The translations under genes and the position numbers were made by a program. Of a DNA stretch of 64,000 bases, positions 13,200 through 26,798 are shown in pieces; positions within the stretch are counted from its first letter, which is position 1, and the number at the start of each line of letters is the position of its first letter. Source of the DNA: Macrostomum lignano (taxonomy: Eukaryota); assembly GCA_002269645.1 (NCBI GenBank), contig NIVC01000037.1:868001-932000 (forward strand), read 5' to 3'. The notes beneath the pieces were generated by a model. It was not told the origin of the DNA and ran no database searches. It was given only the letters and a program-made list of their open reading frames with translations.

Positions 13200-14539
13200 A
13201 TGAATTCTGACGAGCCGGTAGTTCGTCTGGCGAAGGCGGAGTTTCTCAGGGCGCTGGACACATCGGCGCGGAATTACACAACCGGCAGAAACTTCGGCGT
13301 CGGCGGAGGCGGCGGCGGCGTCGGTGGTGTCCCCAATCGAACGCACGCAGCATTCTCGGTGCCGCCCCCGGCAGTTGCCATGGCGACAACAATCAACTCG
13401 CTGATCCCGGCTCCGCCAACTTCGCCTAGTAGCCGGCCGCCAACCCCGGTGCTGCTCTATTCGCTCGGGTTCGGCCTGGCCGGCCTGACGCTGGTTGCTC
13501 AGCTGGCGCTCGCCCTGCTGGCCATCGCGCGGGCCTGCGGGCGCCGGCGCCGACAGCACGCCGACTGCCTCTACGGCCTGTGCGCCCACGCCGCTATCAT
13601 CGGCGCTGTCCAAGGCGGCTACGTGACGGTGACGCACACTTTGCTGCTGGCCCGCGGTCCGGAGGGCCTGGCCGACCCGCTGTGGCGCGTCAACTGCAAG
13701 GCCTACCTGTTCTGCCGCTCCCTGCTCCCAGGGCTGTTCCTGCACCTGCTCGCCAGCGTCGGCGTGGCCTTCAAGACCATCCGGTACCCGCCAGGCGCTG
13801 CTCCAGCAGCCTCTGCGGCAGGGCGGGCGGCCTGGCCGTGCACTGCCTGCCTTGGGCGATGTGCAGCGGCGCCCTGCTTCCGGCTTTAGTGCTGCACAAA
13901 GACGTCACCGAGGCCGCGATTCGAGCGGGTCGCTGCACCGTCCCGGAGCTCTGGCCTTGGCTGGCGCCACTGCTGGTGCTGTTCGGCCTACCGCAGGTGG
14001 CGCTGCTGCTGCTCACCTGTCTTCTCTGCGCTTTCCGGCCCTACGCCACCGGCGATGAAGACGAAGATGCCGACGACTCGCTGGAGGATGCGGCCAACAA
14101 CGGCGAGGGCGAGCTACGGCCGCCGGGCTACCTGCCGGCTGCCAACCACCTGAACCAGGGGCAGCCGCAGTCGCCGCAGTCGCGCACTCTGCTCCGCGGC
14201 CGCCCGATGCGCATCGCCCGCCTGCTGCTGATTGTGCTCAACTGTCTTGAGGCGGCCACCCAGCTGCCTTACTCCATCATCAGTCTGCTGCAGACTGTGC
14301 TGCGAAACCGGCAGGCCAGGCATCTCATACCGGATGACACAGTTGACATTGCATTCTGGCTGCACATGGCCTTCTTCCCCGTGGCCAGCGTGTTCCTGGC
14401 GGCCCTGGTGGTCCAGCTGGACAAGGCCTACCAGCTCACCGAGCGGGATCTGCACCAGAGAGGCGGTGCGAAACCGTCCAGAGGCGGAAACGGGCCAGAC
14501 GAAGTTCTGTACACGGCCAGCATGCTGTCTTCGGTGTGA
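13200..14539 (+). CDS. Divergent intronless class-A (rhodopsin-like) 7TM GPCR with a 1-nt frameshift near 13790 (assembly error or pseudogene)
   Basis: ATG at 13200; N-terminal N-glycosylation sequons NYT and NRT. Frame 1 gives TM1-3 ending CKAYLFCRSLLPGLFLHLLASVGVAFKTIRYP (TM3 Cys and DRY-like RYP). The second frame gives TM4 LAVHCLPWAMCSGALLPALV, an ECL2 Cys (GRCTVP), TM5 LFGLPQVALL, TM6 ATQLPYSII and TM7, with stop at 14537-14539. One extra base at ccg-gcc (13790) joins the two frames. Confidence 0.7.
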
Positions 14540-14564
14540 CCTCACTTTGAGATCCGCAAAACTG

Positions 14565-14805
14565 TTTCACAGCAGCCTGAGTGCACAGTCGGTGTGACAC
14601 ACAGCAGCCTGAGTGCTCAGTCGGTGTGACACACAGCAGCCTGAGTGCTCAGTCGGTGTGACACACAGCAGCCTGCATGGGTGCTCAGTCGGTGTGACAC
14701 GCAGCAGCCTGCATGGGTGCTCAGTCGGTGTGACACACAGCAGCCTGAGTGCTCAGTCGGTGTGACACACAGCAGCCTGAGTGCTCAGTCGGTGTGACAC
14801 GCAGC
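14565..14805. repeat. Minisatellite, 32-bp unit cagcagcctgagtgctcagtcggtgtgacaca (GPCR 3-prime flank)
   Basis: About 7 copies just after the stop codon. Confidence 0.9.
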
Positions 14806-15649
14806 ATTAGTAAAAATCCCCTATACAATTTATCCGATTTCGTCCTGCTAGTCAATTTCGCGAATTGTCTATTGAGTATTTCATATTCTGATAAACAAAT
14901 TTGTGACTTCAACGCTTGTAAATTGCTGAGGTATTCTCTCTCTCTCTCTCTCTCTCTCTCAACGTTAATGAGTTTCTCAAAAAAATTAGACACTGCTTTT
15001 TTACGATGAGGCACGAGAATGCACAAATACAGTTGTGTAGCATATTTGGCATCGCGCTTCAATGCTTGCGTCAAATTAATTATTTATAGCATAATTCATT
15101 GTATAATCCTGAGTACGACACGTTCATGAAGAAATTTAGAAAGCAGAAATGTGTTTGTTTCCGAGAAATTTCTGCGCGAGTCTTTTTTTGCCAAGCATTC
15201 AAGAGATCCAGTGAGGGAGTTTCTTGTGAACAAAAATCGCTTTGAGATCTCCCTTTCATTCCCAGAACGCCTCGGTGAGGCGCCGGCCACTCGGCCGGCA
15301 TGAGGGCTCCGCCAGATTGCGAAGCAGTCTCTCTCTTTACACGTTTCCTTTAGTCCTGCCAAACCCGTCTCAGGTTCCCTTGAGAAATTGATGGAATGGG
15401 ACGGAGAGGGAGAGGCGCCCGGCCTGTTCCACGGCAGAGGGGGGCCGAGAGTCGCGGGACTTCAGCCCTCGAATTTCCAGCATCCTCCCTCAGCGCCCAC
15501 GCCTCATCTGTCCCGAGGGCACACGATGGGAGCGAAGCGAAAGCCCAACATACGGACGGGATACAAACTGGGTGGGATTAGTGGTTTCGCTTTTCCTGTG
15601 TGCTTGAGGTTGCCACGGGCACAAAGACAAAAGTTCCGCAGCAGCCCTG

Positions 15650-17023
<1,374 letters not shown>

Positions 17024-17893
17024 CCATGATATCGCTTTATCCGCATTTTACTGTGATCTATCATTTATCAGAAATTTCAGAAACATCAGAAAAGGCTATG
17101 CTTTGCAATCTGTCAAAAAAGATGCCAGCTATAAATCATCCGCAATGCCTCTCAGGTCTCCGGCCCCATCAAAACCAGAGGGGCGGAGCACTAAGGGGTC
17201 GCAGCGAGGCTGAGGCCCGGGCACAAAAATCGAGTTAGCAATGCAAAGCGCAACGCCTTCTAGCTCACGAGGCTCGGCCTAAATACGAGTAAGAAGCTGC
17301 GAGCGCCTTCGCCTTCATCATCTACTTTGCCCCCCCCCCTCTCCCCTGTTCTCAGCATCCCTTCAGTGCCCATTATTTCTCTAATTATACTATAGGCCGC
17401 TCCCCACGTGGCCCCTCTGTTGCTAAGGCAGATGAAGCAAAGCAGATTTTCTCCCGAGTTAGAAAAAAATAAAGTTGCGGAAGCAAGCGCTGAAGGCTCC
17501 TCCAAGGTGGAGGGCCTGGCGGGGAGCGGCACCCGATCCTAAGCCGATTAGCCAAGAATTCTTTGCGAAAAGACTGCTTAAATTCTTCCTCACAAATTGG
17601 AACTCTTTGAAACTGACTTGCAAAATTTAAATGGTTCGAGACTGTACACCCTGTGTGAGCGTCCGCGTGCCTGCCTACAGTATTGGCGCTTGTACGCTTT
17701 TATGTGATCAGAAGTCAGCGTAAAGGGCTGTGGGACGATGTCATCGAAGTCGTTGCGCCGGGGTGCCCCCACAGCCGTCTTGCAATTATTATTTTATTAT
17801 TAAACACCTTTCAGCCTACTTCCAGTAGGAAGCAAGGACTATACTTTAAAGGAAGGAGCCTGACCTCAATTTTCAAGGAATGCATGTAGAACA

Positions 17894-18175
17894 GGGGTTG
17901 TAGCCTAGTGGTTAGAGCGTCGGTCTAGCGATTTGAAGGTCGGGGGTTCGATTCCCGATCCCACTGGAAAAAATAGTGTCCTTGAGCAAGACACTTCACT
18001 CTGTATTGCTTCAGTTCACCCAGCTGTAAAATGGGTGCCAGCATTAGCTGGGGTAATTGAGGGTGTGTGTGGCGACCCTCCAGTCCTTGGACTGAACAGC
18101 CGTACGCAGCCTTCAGATGCGCCGCGCAATAGCTGCGGCTGAGCTGTCGGTTGCACATCTGGCCCAAATAGGGCA
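17894..18175 (+). mobile_element. tRNA-derived CORE-SINE (MIR-like core)
   Basis: tRNA-like head with Pol III A box tagcctagtggttagag and B box ggttcgattccc. It is followed by gtgtccttgagcaagacacttcactc...cttcagttcacccagctgtaaaatggg, which resembles the CORE domain gtgaccttgggcaagtcacttaacctc...cctcagtttcctcatctgtaaaatggg. The 3-prime boundary is approximate. Confidence 0.85.
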
Positions 18176-18364
18176 GGTGTAATCAATTATTATCAAATGT
18201 AGAAAGCTAATTTTTTTCGCAATTTAATCTTTTAATCTTTAATTAATCTTTAATTAAAGATCTTTAATCTTTAATTTAATCTTGCACCAAGCTTCTTACT
18301 TTCCTTTCTAACTTTCTCCATGTTAATCCGAGTGGCGACAACGGTGGTGGTGGGTGTCATGGGG

Positions 18365-18700
18365 TGTAGCTGGCGCCCCTTCTGTAACTGGCGCCACCTC
18401 TGTAGCTGGCGTCCCTCTGTAGCTGGCGCCCCCCTCTGTAGCTGGCGCCCCTTCTGTAGCTGGCGCCCCTTCTGTAGCTGGCGCCACCTCTGTAGCTGGC
18501 GTCCCTATTTACCTCGCGACCTTTCTGTAGCTGGCGCCCCTCTGTAGCTGGCGCCCCTTCTGTAGCTGGCGCCACCTCTGTAGCTGGCGTCCCTCTGTAG
18601 CTGGCGCCCCTTCTGTAGCTGGCGCCCCTTCTGTAGCTGGCGCCCCCTCTGTAGCTGGTGTCCCTCTTTACCTGGCGACCTTTCTGTAGCTGGCGCCCCG
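18365..18700. repeat. Minisatellite, ~19-bp unit tgtagctggcgcccc(t)tc
   Basis: Tandem copies with a TGGCGCC core. Confidence 0.9.
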
Positions 18701-19199
18701 CCTGAAGGTAGGCGGGTAAAAGGCGTAGCGTATTGTAGACCAGAACACAAAGGAAAATTACTCGATCTGTCTATTGACTTGATTGCGCATAACTCAATTA
18801 GATGTATTTGCACAGAGTTTCTGTCACAAATTGCCTCTAGATGGTTGCTAGGTTACAAGGCATAACAATAGGGCTCATGACTGCCTCTGTTGTACTACGT
18901 ACACTGTGAGGCCTGCACAGCCCAACTGGTCGACTGTTTGACAGCCAATAACCCCAGAATCCAATTAGTCGGTGCCCAGTTATTGACTTATCCGCAGCTG
19001 CCATGCATGGCCCAAACATGGCCTAATTGGCTGAGCATCGCGGTGGATAGGGGGAGAGAAATGGGAGCAGAATGTAACGATACAGACTGCGATCCAGTAT
19101 TTCAGTCACGAAAAAGACTGCGCATACTCCAAGATTGAATTCGAGAAAACTGATACCCAATACATAGGAAATTGAAAGTTATCGAAGCAGCGACAGGCA

Positions 19200-21334
19200 A
19201 TGAAACCACAGACACCACCAAATAGCGAAAATGAAGGAGACAATTTCTTTGGTTTTGAGCTGTCCAGCCGCCTGACTGAGTGCGTGCGGTGCGATGACGT
19301 GCAGCGGATGCTGGCGGTGCTGTCTGCAGCTGGCCTCGGACCCGAACACCTCAGCGGCCATCTAAGCACCGACGCTGAGATGCAGCGATCGACTGGCTGC
19401 TGGACGAGATCCTCATCGGGCCGCACTTCATCTGCTCAGCGCTGCAGCGTCAGCTTCAGCACAATCGTTCACCTCAGCGTGCTCAGGCAGAGCTCACGGG
19501 TGCTGAGCTTCATCTCTACTGAACAGCCTCACCTGCTCATGATGCGAGACGATTCTGGCTCAGGTGTGCTGCACTGTCTGGCGGAGGCGAGCGTGCTGCT
19601 CCGGCGGAAGAGTGCTACCGGCGGAAACAGTAACCTCTCGGAGCAGTTCGACGCGTTCCAGACTCGACTGCTCTCCATGCTGAGCGACGTCGAGAGTCCG
19701 TACTCAGAGCAGCAGTGAGTCCGATATTGTGTCTCATGTCACATGTGTGAGTGAGCTCGAGCACTGTCTACGCAGCTGGTCATGCAGTCTCGCTCCGTTT
19801 CAGATCGGCATCGAGTCTGCTGCACTCGCTGTGTCTCATGGAGAACTCGGACGGACTGAGACCGCTGGAGTTATCTGTTCTCATCGGAGCATACTCCACA
19901 TTTCAGTGCATCCTGCACGTAAAAGGCTACATTCTGAGTAAGCAGGTGAGTCACGGCATTCGAGTTCGCAACACGTTCGACCTGCGGGAGTACGATCTGA
20001 TGAAGGGTGAGCGGAGGGACAAGAATCCCATGCTCATGCTCACTCTGATCTCGGCGTCGGAGGCGGATCCACTGTCGGAGTCGGGACTGCTCGAGTGTCC
20101 CGTCATCAAGAAGTGGATGAAAGCAATTTTCCTTGACATGCGCGGCACTGTGATGCTGAAAAGCATGTTTCTACCAACAATAGTGACCTATATGAGTCCT
20201 CTGACTCCGTTCATAGTTGCGGTGGCCAGCTTTGTCCAATTCGGTCACTACCTGCAGGTTGGATATCGGGAACACATTGGCTACTTGAGGTCGCAACTGC
20301 CCAGAGGTGTCTTTGGTGCCTCGAATACCAGCGCTCAAGAGCTCGCGGTGGATTTTGTGCGGTCCAGTTGCTCCTCCCTGCAAATTCTGGCTTTCCTCTC
20401 CAACAGGTCCAATCCAGACAACAACGCCGTGATCTGTGTTTCCCCCGTTTTTTTCAACGATGTGAAGCGCTACGAGGTGTTTCGGCTACCTCTCCTGATT
20501 CCGTTGATAGTTTTGGGGTATCTGCTAGTTCAGGCTGTCATCATTGTGCACCGGACAAGGATAGTCCTCCGCAGTCCCCGATGGATGCCTCGCAGATCGA
20601 ATTATCTCGTGCAGAGTCGTTTCTATGACAACGTGTTCATAATGAGCTTCATCAGTGGCCTGGTGTATGTCAGTAGCACTTTGGTTATGCTCTGGATGCT
20701 GGACTGTTCAGACTATGTGCTGGACCCTGCTACTGAAAACTACCGACTGCAAGTATTGTCAAGTGTCTCAGAGTGCTCCGCTGTTCTATTCATTTTCTTC
20801 AATCTGTTCAGCATCATTGAAGTGTACGAGATGATACTTAAACACGTGGCCTTCTTAGCCATCTGCTTTCGCTGGATGCTGGCCAAGTTTTTAAACTCCA
20901 TTCCACTGCTGTTTATCTGGGCCTACCTGGTGTTTGGCACCCTTCTGTACCTTGCCGACGTTAATGGTACCGATTTTCAATCGCATTTCGCAGTATTCTA
21001 CTCACCGATGCTGTTGATTGTCAACCTGCTCCAGCTGTCGCCAAGGCTGTCTGTAATGATTTTGCACACTCTGTTCGCTCTCATCGTGACCATTAACATC
21101 CAGAACCTACTCATTGCCTACATTTTTCATGCGTTCAGTCACGTGGCAGTCAATTTCGAATTGATCTACCAGCTATCCAGCCTTAACTGCTCCTTCAAGG
21201 CGTGGAAGTTCTATTGGTTTCTAACTCGAATGCTCCGCTACTGGGCAAAGGAGGAGCAGGAGCCAAGGTACGTCCTGACCGTTTGCAGCTTGCGGCCACC
21301 TCGCAGCCGATTTTTTGACACGAACCGAAGCTGA
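19200..21334 (+). CDS. TRPV-like cation channel, copy A (exons 19200-19714 and 19804-21334; 681 aa)
   Basis: An 89-nt intron (CA|GTGAGT ... ctcgctccgtttcAG|A) joins the two ORFs in frame. Degenerate ankyrin motifs (DDSGSGVLHCLA, NSDGLRPLELSVLIG), TRPV-type linker FDLREYD (cf. YDLxxID), LLECPVIKKW pre-S1 motif, multiple TM segments, S5 LLFIWAYLVFGTLLYL and S6 INIQNLLIAYIFHAFSHV (cf. LNLLIAMM). Confidence 0.75.
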
Positions 21335-22528
21335 AGCGGAATAATTTTGGAAATCAGCCCAGTCTTAAACTGCATGCATCGGTCATTTTTACAGCTAACA
21401 GATGAAAATGCGATGAAAAACATATGCAGCATCTTCAGTCTTTAACCTTTTATTCTGAATTATAGTATGAATACTTACACTAAAGTCAGTTAGCCGATGA
21501 AGAGGACTCCAACTACTATAGCTATGTAAGTGGTATAAAATAAAAAAAATAAGGGCGTAATGTTTGCTAAGAGTAATAACTTGGAAAATACACAAATATT
21601 TCTGGCAACTTGGCCCGATTGGTTTTGGATAACACGCGACTAACGAGAGAGACAAAAAACTCATAACGTTTCCGCTTCGAGTATAAAACGATTAAATCTA
21701 CATGTATATTTATTTAAATCACTAGTAAATTTCTTCTCTTCCGTGAATCTTAAAACCTTAGAACCTTAGAAAATTTATGGCTTATTTTCATCTCCATGCA
21801 CGCTACCTTATGTTACTTAGAGTTTTTTGCACTTATTAGTATTATTATTAATAAAATATTTTTGATATATTTTTCATAGGCACAGTGAAGTGTACATGCC
21901 TAACGATAAATAAATTAGGGCCGCTGTGCACTCATGTGTGAGTGTGTGCCTGTGCGTATGACTGCGTACGTATCCGCGCGCTTGTGTGCCTGCTCAGGGG
22001 AGTCGGCGGAATGGGCAGCAATGCCTCTCGCCGGTTGTGTGACAATGTCGCTTACTGCCTCTAATAAAAACGGTAAATGCCCGTTCGATGCAATGTATCC
22101 TACAAAAATAGAAAAATTTGTTTAAAGAACACTAAGACTTACTTATGCTGATTCTGCTTTGTAATAAGCAAAATGAGGCCTTCAAACGATTTTCAATAAT
22201 CTGGCATCCCCTGCTACAACCAATGGTCCATAGAACCAACCAAAAAGTCGATAAGACTAGTTAAGGTTGTAAAAAGAATGCTTAAATTTACTACTCAAAT
22301 TATTGATAACACACTGAGCAAGCAGTGTGTTATCAATAATTCTCAGAAATGTAATTAAGTCGATAACGCTTCCTGGATGGCTGTGCCAACTCTGTGTGAA
22401 TCGACGAGTAGAGAGCGACTCAACAAACATTTGCACTTCGGAAGCAAGAGGCAATCATTTATAAAGAGAGGTGGGCGGTAGCTGAAATGTAGTCAAGGGA
22501 TACTCTTGAGTGCTCAGTATCCAAGACC

Positions 22529-24616
22529 ATGCCTCAAGAAGATTCAGGATTTTTCTTCGACCCTGAGCTGTCTAATCGCCTGACGGAGTGCCTGCGGTGC
22601 GATGACGTGCAGCAGATGCTGGCGGTGCTGTCTGCAGCTGGCCTCGGACCCGAACACCTCAGCGGCCATCTAAGCACCGACGCTGAGATGCAGCGATCGA
22701 CTGGCTGCTGGACGAGATCCTCATCGGGCCGCACTTCATCTGCTCAACGCTGCAGCGTCAGCTTCAGCACAATCGTTCACCTCAGCGTGCTCAGGCAGAG
22801 CTCACGGGTGCTGAGCTTCATCTCTGCTGAACAGCCTCACCTGCTCATGATGCGAGACGATTCTGGCTCAGGTGTGCTGCACTGTCTGGCGGAGGCGAGC
22901 GTGCTGCTCCGGCGGAAGAGTGCTACCGGCGGAAACACTCGCCTCTCGGAGCAGTTCGACGCGTTCCAGACTCGACTGCTCTCCATGCTGAGCGACGTCG
23001 AGAGTCCGTACTCGGAGCAGCAGTGAGTCCGATATTGTGACTCATGTGTGAGTGAGCTCGAGCACTGTCTCGCAGCTAGTCATACAGTCTCGCTCCGTTT
23101 CAGATCTGCATCGAGTCTGCTGCACTCGCTGTGTCTCATGGAGAACTCGGACGGACTGAGACCGCTGGAGTTATCTGTTCTCATCGGAGCATACTCCACA
23201 TTTCAGTGCATCCTGCACGTAAAAGGCTACATTCTCAGTAAGCAGGTGAGTCACGGCATTCGAGTTCGCAACACGTTCGACCTGCGGGAGTACGATCTGA
23301 TGAAGGGTGAGCGGAGGGACAAGAATCCCATGCTCATGCTCACTCTGATCTCGGCGTCGGAGGCGGATCCACTGTCGGAGTCGGGACTGCTCGAGTGTCC
23401 TGTTATCAAGAAGTGGATGAAAGCAGTTGTTAGCGAGATGTCCTGCGCCATGTACATGCACAGAGCAGCCATTGTCATATTCACTTTGATCTTCTCTCCC
23501 ATTACATTTTCGTTCGGGACCATATCCGCGATGCTGTGCGGCGGCTACCAGCTGCAGTTGGGGTTCTCCGAGTTCACCCAATATATGCGGTCGCTGATTA
23601 ATGGCTCGCTGTCCAACGGGTCCTCAACCGAGGAATTCATTCGGCATGGCTGCCAGCCAGAAAACCTATTCCGCTTCCTGATCACGGATCTAAATCCCGC
23701 GAACAGCCGTGTGCTGCTCCGGTCTCCAGTTTTCTTTACGCGGGTCACCCGGTCCAACATCATTGCAAATCTCATCAGCGTCCTGATCCTCTTAGCAATA
23801 TTTCAGGCCTTTAGACTGGTCACCATTGTTTACAACGTTGTCAAAGATCGACAGTTCTATTCATCCCGATGGATGCCTGCCTCCAAGTCGAATTTTGTAG
23901 TTCAGTCGCACTTCTATGACGCAGTGTACGCGCTGTGCTTTGCAACGGGTCTGATCTATATAGTCTTGGCCAGCTTGTTGAGCAGATTCCTAGACTGCTC
24001 AGCTCTTGTCCTGGGCATTTCCAGCGGCACTTTCTGGCTGTCGGTGCTAACGCAATCCGCTGAGTGCTCGGCTGTTTTGTACTTCTTCTTCAACATGTTC
24101 GGCCTATTTGAGGCCTACGAAATGGCAGTGAAGCAGGCGGCTTTTCTCAGCATCTGCTTCCGGAAGATGTTGGTGAACTTCCTGCTGGTACTGCCGCTGC
24201 TGCTAGTCTGGGCCTACCTGGTGTTCGGCACCCTGCTCTACATGACAGACTTTCGAGGCCAGGAGTTTAGCTCGCATCGTCACGTGCTGTACTCCCCGCT
24301 GCGGCTGATTATTAACACGGCCAACCTGCCGCACCGGCTGTCTACCAGCCTTCTGCACACGCTGTTCGTTATCAGCGTGAGCATCAGCGTGCAGAACTTC
24401 ATCATTGGCTATATTGTGAGCGCGTTCAAAGAGGTTTCGTCAAAATTTGACATTGTATACCATTTGAGCGGCTTGGATGCTGCCTTGCGCACCTGGCGTC
24501 TCTACCCGGGTCTGCTCAGGGTGGTGCATCTGTGCAGGAGTAGCCGGAGTCCATTCTGTAAGAGACCGAGCAGCACTGCAATCCGGGTGTGGAGTCTTCG
24601 ACCAACGGCCGGATAA
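22529..24616 (+). CDS. TRPV-like cation channel, copy B (exons 22529-23022 and 23104-24616; 668 aa)
   Basis: Same architecture as copy A. The homologous intron (81 nt, 23023-23103) has the same GTGAGT donor and tttcag acceptor and restores the frame. S6 reads ISVQNFIIGYIVSAFKEV. Confidence 0.75.
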
Positions 24617-25634
24617 GATAGTAGATATTAAAGTGGTTTTTTGTGGTTTTTTATGCAATTCCTTTCTTCCTTTTTCGACCAGCATGACTGCTGTGTTCTT
24701 CGAAGATTTACCAAGAGAATGGCGTGTTCCGTTCATCAACTAAGCTCGCAGTGCCATGAAAAATGCATTGTGCATTCATGTAACCCATCAATGTTAACTT
24801 TAGCTCGTACCGACCTATTGATATCGTTGAAATTTCTGTAAGACCGACCGTCTGATCATTTTTTCCAGCCGTTCTACAATAAATATTTGAGATGAATCGA
24901 TTGTATCGTGACGATAACTTTGCTTTAATAAAATGAAAAAAACTATATTATCCAAGAGTACTTATCGGTAGACATTACGGCACTACTTTCAATAGAGTGT
25001 GCAGTGTATTTACAGAAATCTATAAACGCAAAGCATATAGCAGCAGGGTTAGATAAGTCCCGGATTTTGCCACCAAATGTAGGCGTAACCGAGAAAACGA
25101 GTCGCAAGCGCATGCCCTTTAAAATAATTGCTTTTTCATAGCGGATAGAGGGATCGCGGCGTAATTATAAGTAATAATTGATAGATAAGTATTTATGCGT
25201 ATAGCATTATAGAAGTTTGCACGCAAGAGATATATAAACACTTATTAGCATCGATTTAGTGGTGGTTTCGCTACCTCTGTCGCAACTTTGCGACCAACCA
25301 GAGACAGAGACGCGAGCAGAAGTACATGATAAGGTCATTGTCTGCGTTGCTATGGAGTGACTGCAGCGAAACAAGCGCTGAGACACTGCCCGGGAGGGGA
25401 AATAGAATCTGAGTTGCTAGACAAACGTATAACAAGTGTCGAATGAGAAAGGATATTACACAGGCGGGAACTGGTTTTGCATTGACAGACAAATTCATTG
25501 CTTTTCGCGGTAGCTCGGTTTGCTGCTTAATGTTTAACGGTCGATTTTTGAAACGCGCTGGCTTGCTTTTCTGACGAATCATTTTCTAGCACTTGCTTTA
25601 GAGTGTTTTAAGAGGAGTAACGCGGCCCTTTAGA

Positions 25635-26215
25635 GTGAGTTACACCGGGGTGCCAGTGTCGAACAGTGTCAGTGTGTCCACCAGGGTGCCAGTGTCGAAC
25701 AGTGTCAGTGTGTCTACCAGGGTGCCAGTGTCGAACAGTGTCAGTGTGTCCAGCGGGGTGCCAGTGTCGAACAGTGTCAGTGTGTCTACCAGGGTGCCAG
25801 TGTCGAACAGTGTCAGTGTGTCCAGCGGGGTGCCAGTGTCGAACAGTGTCAGTGTGTCTACCAGGGTGCCAGTGTCGAACAGTGTCAGTGTGTCCAGCGG
25901 GGTGCCAGTGTCGAACAGTGTCAGTGTGTCTACCAGGGTGCCAGTGTCGAACAGTGTCAGTGTGTCCAGCGGGGTGCCAGTGTCGAACAGTGTCAGTGTG
26001 TCTACCAGGGTGCCAGTGTCGAACAGTGTCAGTGTGTCTACCGGGGTGCCAGTGTCGAACAGTGTCAGTGTGTCTACCGGGGTGCCAGTGTCGAACAGTG
26101 TCAGTGTGTCTACCGGGGTGTCGGTGTGTCTAACGGAGTGTCAGTGTGTCTACCGGGGTGTCGGTGTGTCTAACGGAGTGTCAGTGTGTCTACCGGGGTG
26201 TCTGTGTCTATCAGA
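25635..26215. repeat. Minisatellite, 36-bp unit gtgccagtgtcgaacagtgtcagtgtgtctaccagg (Post2 3-prime flank/UTR)
   Basis: About 13 copies plus a degenerate tail. Confidence 0.93.
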
Positions 26216-26519
26216 GTGTCAGTGCCTCTACCGGGGCATGTCAGAATCTCTTCTGGAGTGTCAGCGCATCCACAGGAGTGTCAGTGCATCGGAAGGAGTG
26301 TCAGCGTCTCTACAAGTTTTGGATAGATACATGGGTACAGATTTTCCGGGACCAAAATGGGATACCAAAGGTCGCAGTCTCTCTAGAGTCTGACACCCGA
26401 TCGATATTTCCAGCTTGGCTTCCCCTCTGGATTCCCTTCTGAGCAGCAAATCAAAGAAGCAGCAGCTTCCTCTGCGTGGATTCTGCTAGGAAGAATAATC
26501 GATTGATTCGGGTCGAGCG

Positions 26520-26798
26520 TCAAGAGCAAATGCCGCCCTGCGGATGGACTACAAGCGAGGGATCCTTCAGGTCCACGCCTTGGTGGTGCATGTCCTCCTG
26601 CTTGAAGCTGCCCAGCTGCTCCATGTGGCCCATCAGCATGGCTCCATGATGGTGCAGGCCGTGATGATGCTGCTGGTGAAGCTGATGGTGAGCCATGGCT
26701 GGACTGACTGACTCGGCTGACACGTTGTCCTCGGATGACCTTGTCCTGGTCTGCAGCTTCTTCTTCTTCATTCGACGGTTTTGAAACCACACTTTCAC
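26520..26798 (-). CDS. Post2: Posterior Hox Post2, last exon (homeodomain helix 3 and His-rich C-terminus)
   Basis: Acceptor ctcgcccgcAG|GTG; VKVWFQNRRMKKKKLQ...HHQLHQQHHHGLHHH...GICS*. Confidence 0.93.
   Translation of the reverse strand: MKVWFQNRRMKKKKLQTRTRSSEDNVSAESVSPAMAHHQLHQQHHHGLHHHGAMLMGHMEQLGSFKQEDMHHQGVDLKDPSLVVHPQGGICS

Noticed and set aside
13784-13794. 11-nt GT...AG (gtacccgccag) that would fix the GPCR frame
   Set aside because: It is far below the spliceosomal minimum intron size.
17894-17967. Functional tRNA gene
   Set aside because: The acceptor stem is imperfect and the sequence continues directly into a CORE domain, so it is a SINE head.
23024-23026. In-frame TGA in TRPV-like copy B as readthrough or selenocysteine
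   Set aside because: It lies inside a GT-AG intron. The paralogue has 7-nt and 1-nt indels in the same stretch, and splicing restores both frames.
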